This document shows, in pieces, positions 61,898-64,000 of a stretch of 64,000 nt of DNA; position 1 is the first letter of the stretch; each line of letters opens with the position of its first letter. The stretch covers positions 14,194,225 to 14,258,224 of the forward strand of contig OZ316895.1 in NCBI GenBank assembly GCA_973895155.1. The letters are read 5' to 3'. The notes under the pieces are model-generated. The model saw only the letters and a program-made list of their open reading frames with translations, did no database searches and had not been told where the DNA came from. Source of the stretch: Marsupella aquatica. Taxonomy: Eukaryota > Plantae > Marchantiophyta. The position numbers and the translations under genes are program-made.

Positions 61898-64000
61898 TGT
61901 CGTGAGGTAATGAGTCTCCAACAGATCTTCTAGAACGGGAGGTTTTATATATAGGTGTATGTATCATGTACACCCCTGGGGTGGGTGACTTAACCAAGGT
62001 AAACGGTGACTAGACGTGGGGATTATAACACATGGCTATTAGATTCTGGGGCTAGGTGGGTAACCTGATCCCGATGGACAAGAGCAAATGTTTTTTGGCC
62101 AAAAATTAGTCGCCACTAGATTCCCTGGCTACCAGGTGTGAAACCTGAAACCTACTCACGACTGAAAAATACAAATATTTTTTAGGGAACCCATGTGAAG
62201 TTCCTTCCAAAATTCCTGGATGCATACGGAGCCATATCAACATGACTTGTCACAAAAATAAGAATTGTTAGTTACACAAGAAAAACCAAATCTAACTACT
62301 CATGTTCTAGGCAAGGCAAGGCAAACAGCTAGACCTTGTAACTGAAAAAACAATGGAAAATTGAAGAGTAAAATAGGGGATGGAATGTGATTGATATATC
62401 TGTGTTTTCTGATAATCTATTTTAATTTTCTATTTAATAACACATTTTTTAAATAATGACAAGTAGAAAGAAACTCTTCAAGTACTCTAACATTTACCAA
62501 GGTAACATAGAAACCCAATAAAATTTTCAACTTCTCTAACATTTACCAAGGTAATGTAATAAACCCTTTGACTACTATGGTAGGAGTAGCAACCAAACTA
62601 TTACGATTAGAAAAATACCAAGGGACTCTAAGACCTTTCAACTACTATAAACAAAGTAATATTTTGCATGAACTATATGGATGGTTACATGTATTCTATG
62701 GACATAAAGGCACTAAGGGAAATATTTTGGATGGAGAATTCCCTCAGTATTACCCTGAATGTATGCCTATTTGTTTTCAATGAAATTTTCCTAACAACCT
62801 TTGAAATTCACTTCAATTAGAATCCTCTGTTTAGTCTTTGTCCTCTCATCTACCTATTTTAATGTGCAAGACTTCATGGCTCCAAAATAAGCTTCCATAA
62901 CCAAGGGTCCTCAAAACTAATTGCCAATTAAAATTGGGGAAAGCCTTCCTGAGGTATATACTAATGTAGACATAGAACTGCACAAGGAACAAAAAGACCA
63001 AACCCCGAGAGAGGATCCAAAGACCAAAAACCCAATAAAGGAAAAAGAAAACAAATGTCAAACAGGGAAAACCTAAGAGCCAAACCACGGGCCAATGTAA
63101 TGTTTACAGGGCTTTGGGGGATAACATGTCCCAGCGAATGAGAGCCTCGAGGAGCTACTATTGCCCTTAATGCTATGGAAACGAGGCCTTTAAACACTTA
63201 AAGGTCTGAGAGATTTATTTTGTCAATTAATTTTTGTAAAATTAAAATCTTCCTAAGACACTGAAGCCAAGATGGACCCCCATCTTGGACTTTGATGGTC
63301 CGTGGAGTTTGGGGCCCATAACTTGATGCTTAGAAGTCCTCGAAATATTTTTTAGTTTTGCATGTGCCAGACAACTAGAGAAGGGCCGGGTAGACAATAT
63401 GTTACTATGATGAATAACTCAACTAATGGTCAGAATTTCACTGTCATTTTGATGCCCGTTTTGATGGAAGTGTAGTGACCTACTCGTGTAGCACATACCC
63501 AAAATTAAAAAGTATCTGAATGTATGGAAATCAAGCTATTACAATTAAAATGAAATTGGGAAATGTGGTCCATAGGGGGGTCAAAGACCAACCTGGATGT
63601 CCATGGGGCTCTCAAAGAGGTGATCCAAACTTGACAGGAGCTTTCTTCTCCAAGAAAGCATTGAAAAATCTCACTAGGAAAGCCCCATGCAAAGTTACGT
63701 TTGAGGGCTATGGTCTAGAGTGAAACCTCTTGACCTTAACTCTCAATAAGGACAAAACTTAAAGTGAAAGTGCACAGAAAAAAGGGATGGAGACAAGATT
63801 GAACAGAATATAATACAGATTTGTTTTTTAGCAGTATGTTTTCTTCTTCATTTCTGTTTACACTCAAGGAACTAATTTCAAAAGAAAAGCCCGGATGGAC
63901 CAACAGTGTCCCTGCCCATCGATCCCCATGGACTGCGTGAAGCGATTGTTGTTTTTACACCAAAAAGAAAAAGGAACCAGTCTAAGATTGCAGTTGACTA

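Larger units (their letters stand above)
55802..62030 (-). mobile_element. Ty1/copia element, Bianca-like lineage, degenerate
   Basis: 133-bp LTRs (55802-55934, 61898-62030), 5-bp TSD CATGG, PPT CCAAGGGGGAG, non-TGG PBS CGTTATCAGCACGA. Confidence 0.93.

Noticed and set aside
62846-63197. Hydrophobic short ORFs (also 55016..55285)
   Set aside because: Low-complexity T-rich translations without recognisable domains

Overview
Eukaryotic (land-plant-type) nuclear DNA made almost entirely of nested transposable elements; no host gene could be identified. The main feature is an ~8.2-kb cut-and-paste DNA transposon present twice in opposite orientation (2199-10359 and 27468-35668), with 32-bp imperfect TIRs starting AACAAGAAGCCTTAA and a 4-bp TSD (CCCT). 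It carries two divergently transcribed, intron-containing genes: a Sola1-like DDD transposase and a 955-aa protein joining a ParB/Srx-like domain to a prokaryotic-type beta-class N6-adenine/N4-cytosine DNA methyltransferase. Between them are 40-bp repeats containing a perfect 20-bp palindrome, and TCATGA is enriched across the element. Both copies sit in gag of related Ty1/copia elements. TSD logic indicates a ~28-30 kb inversion with an inverted duplication, and the left copy looks like a chimera of two independent insertions. Three diverged copia elements share an in-frame TGA at the same gag/pol position. The rest is 8-bp-TSD MITEs, a 35-bp satellite next to a Helitron-like end, a G-rich foldback element and a Bianca-type copia with a telomere-like repair scar. 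All protein family calls are from motif recognition by eye, not database searches.
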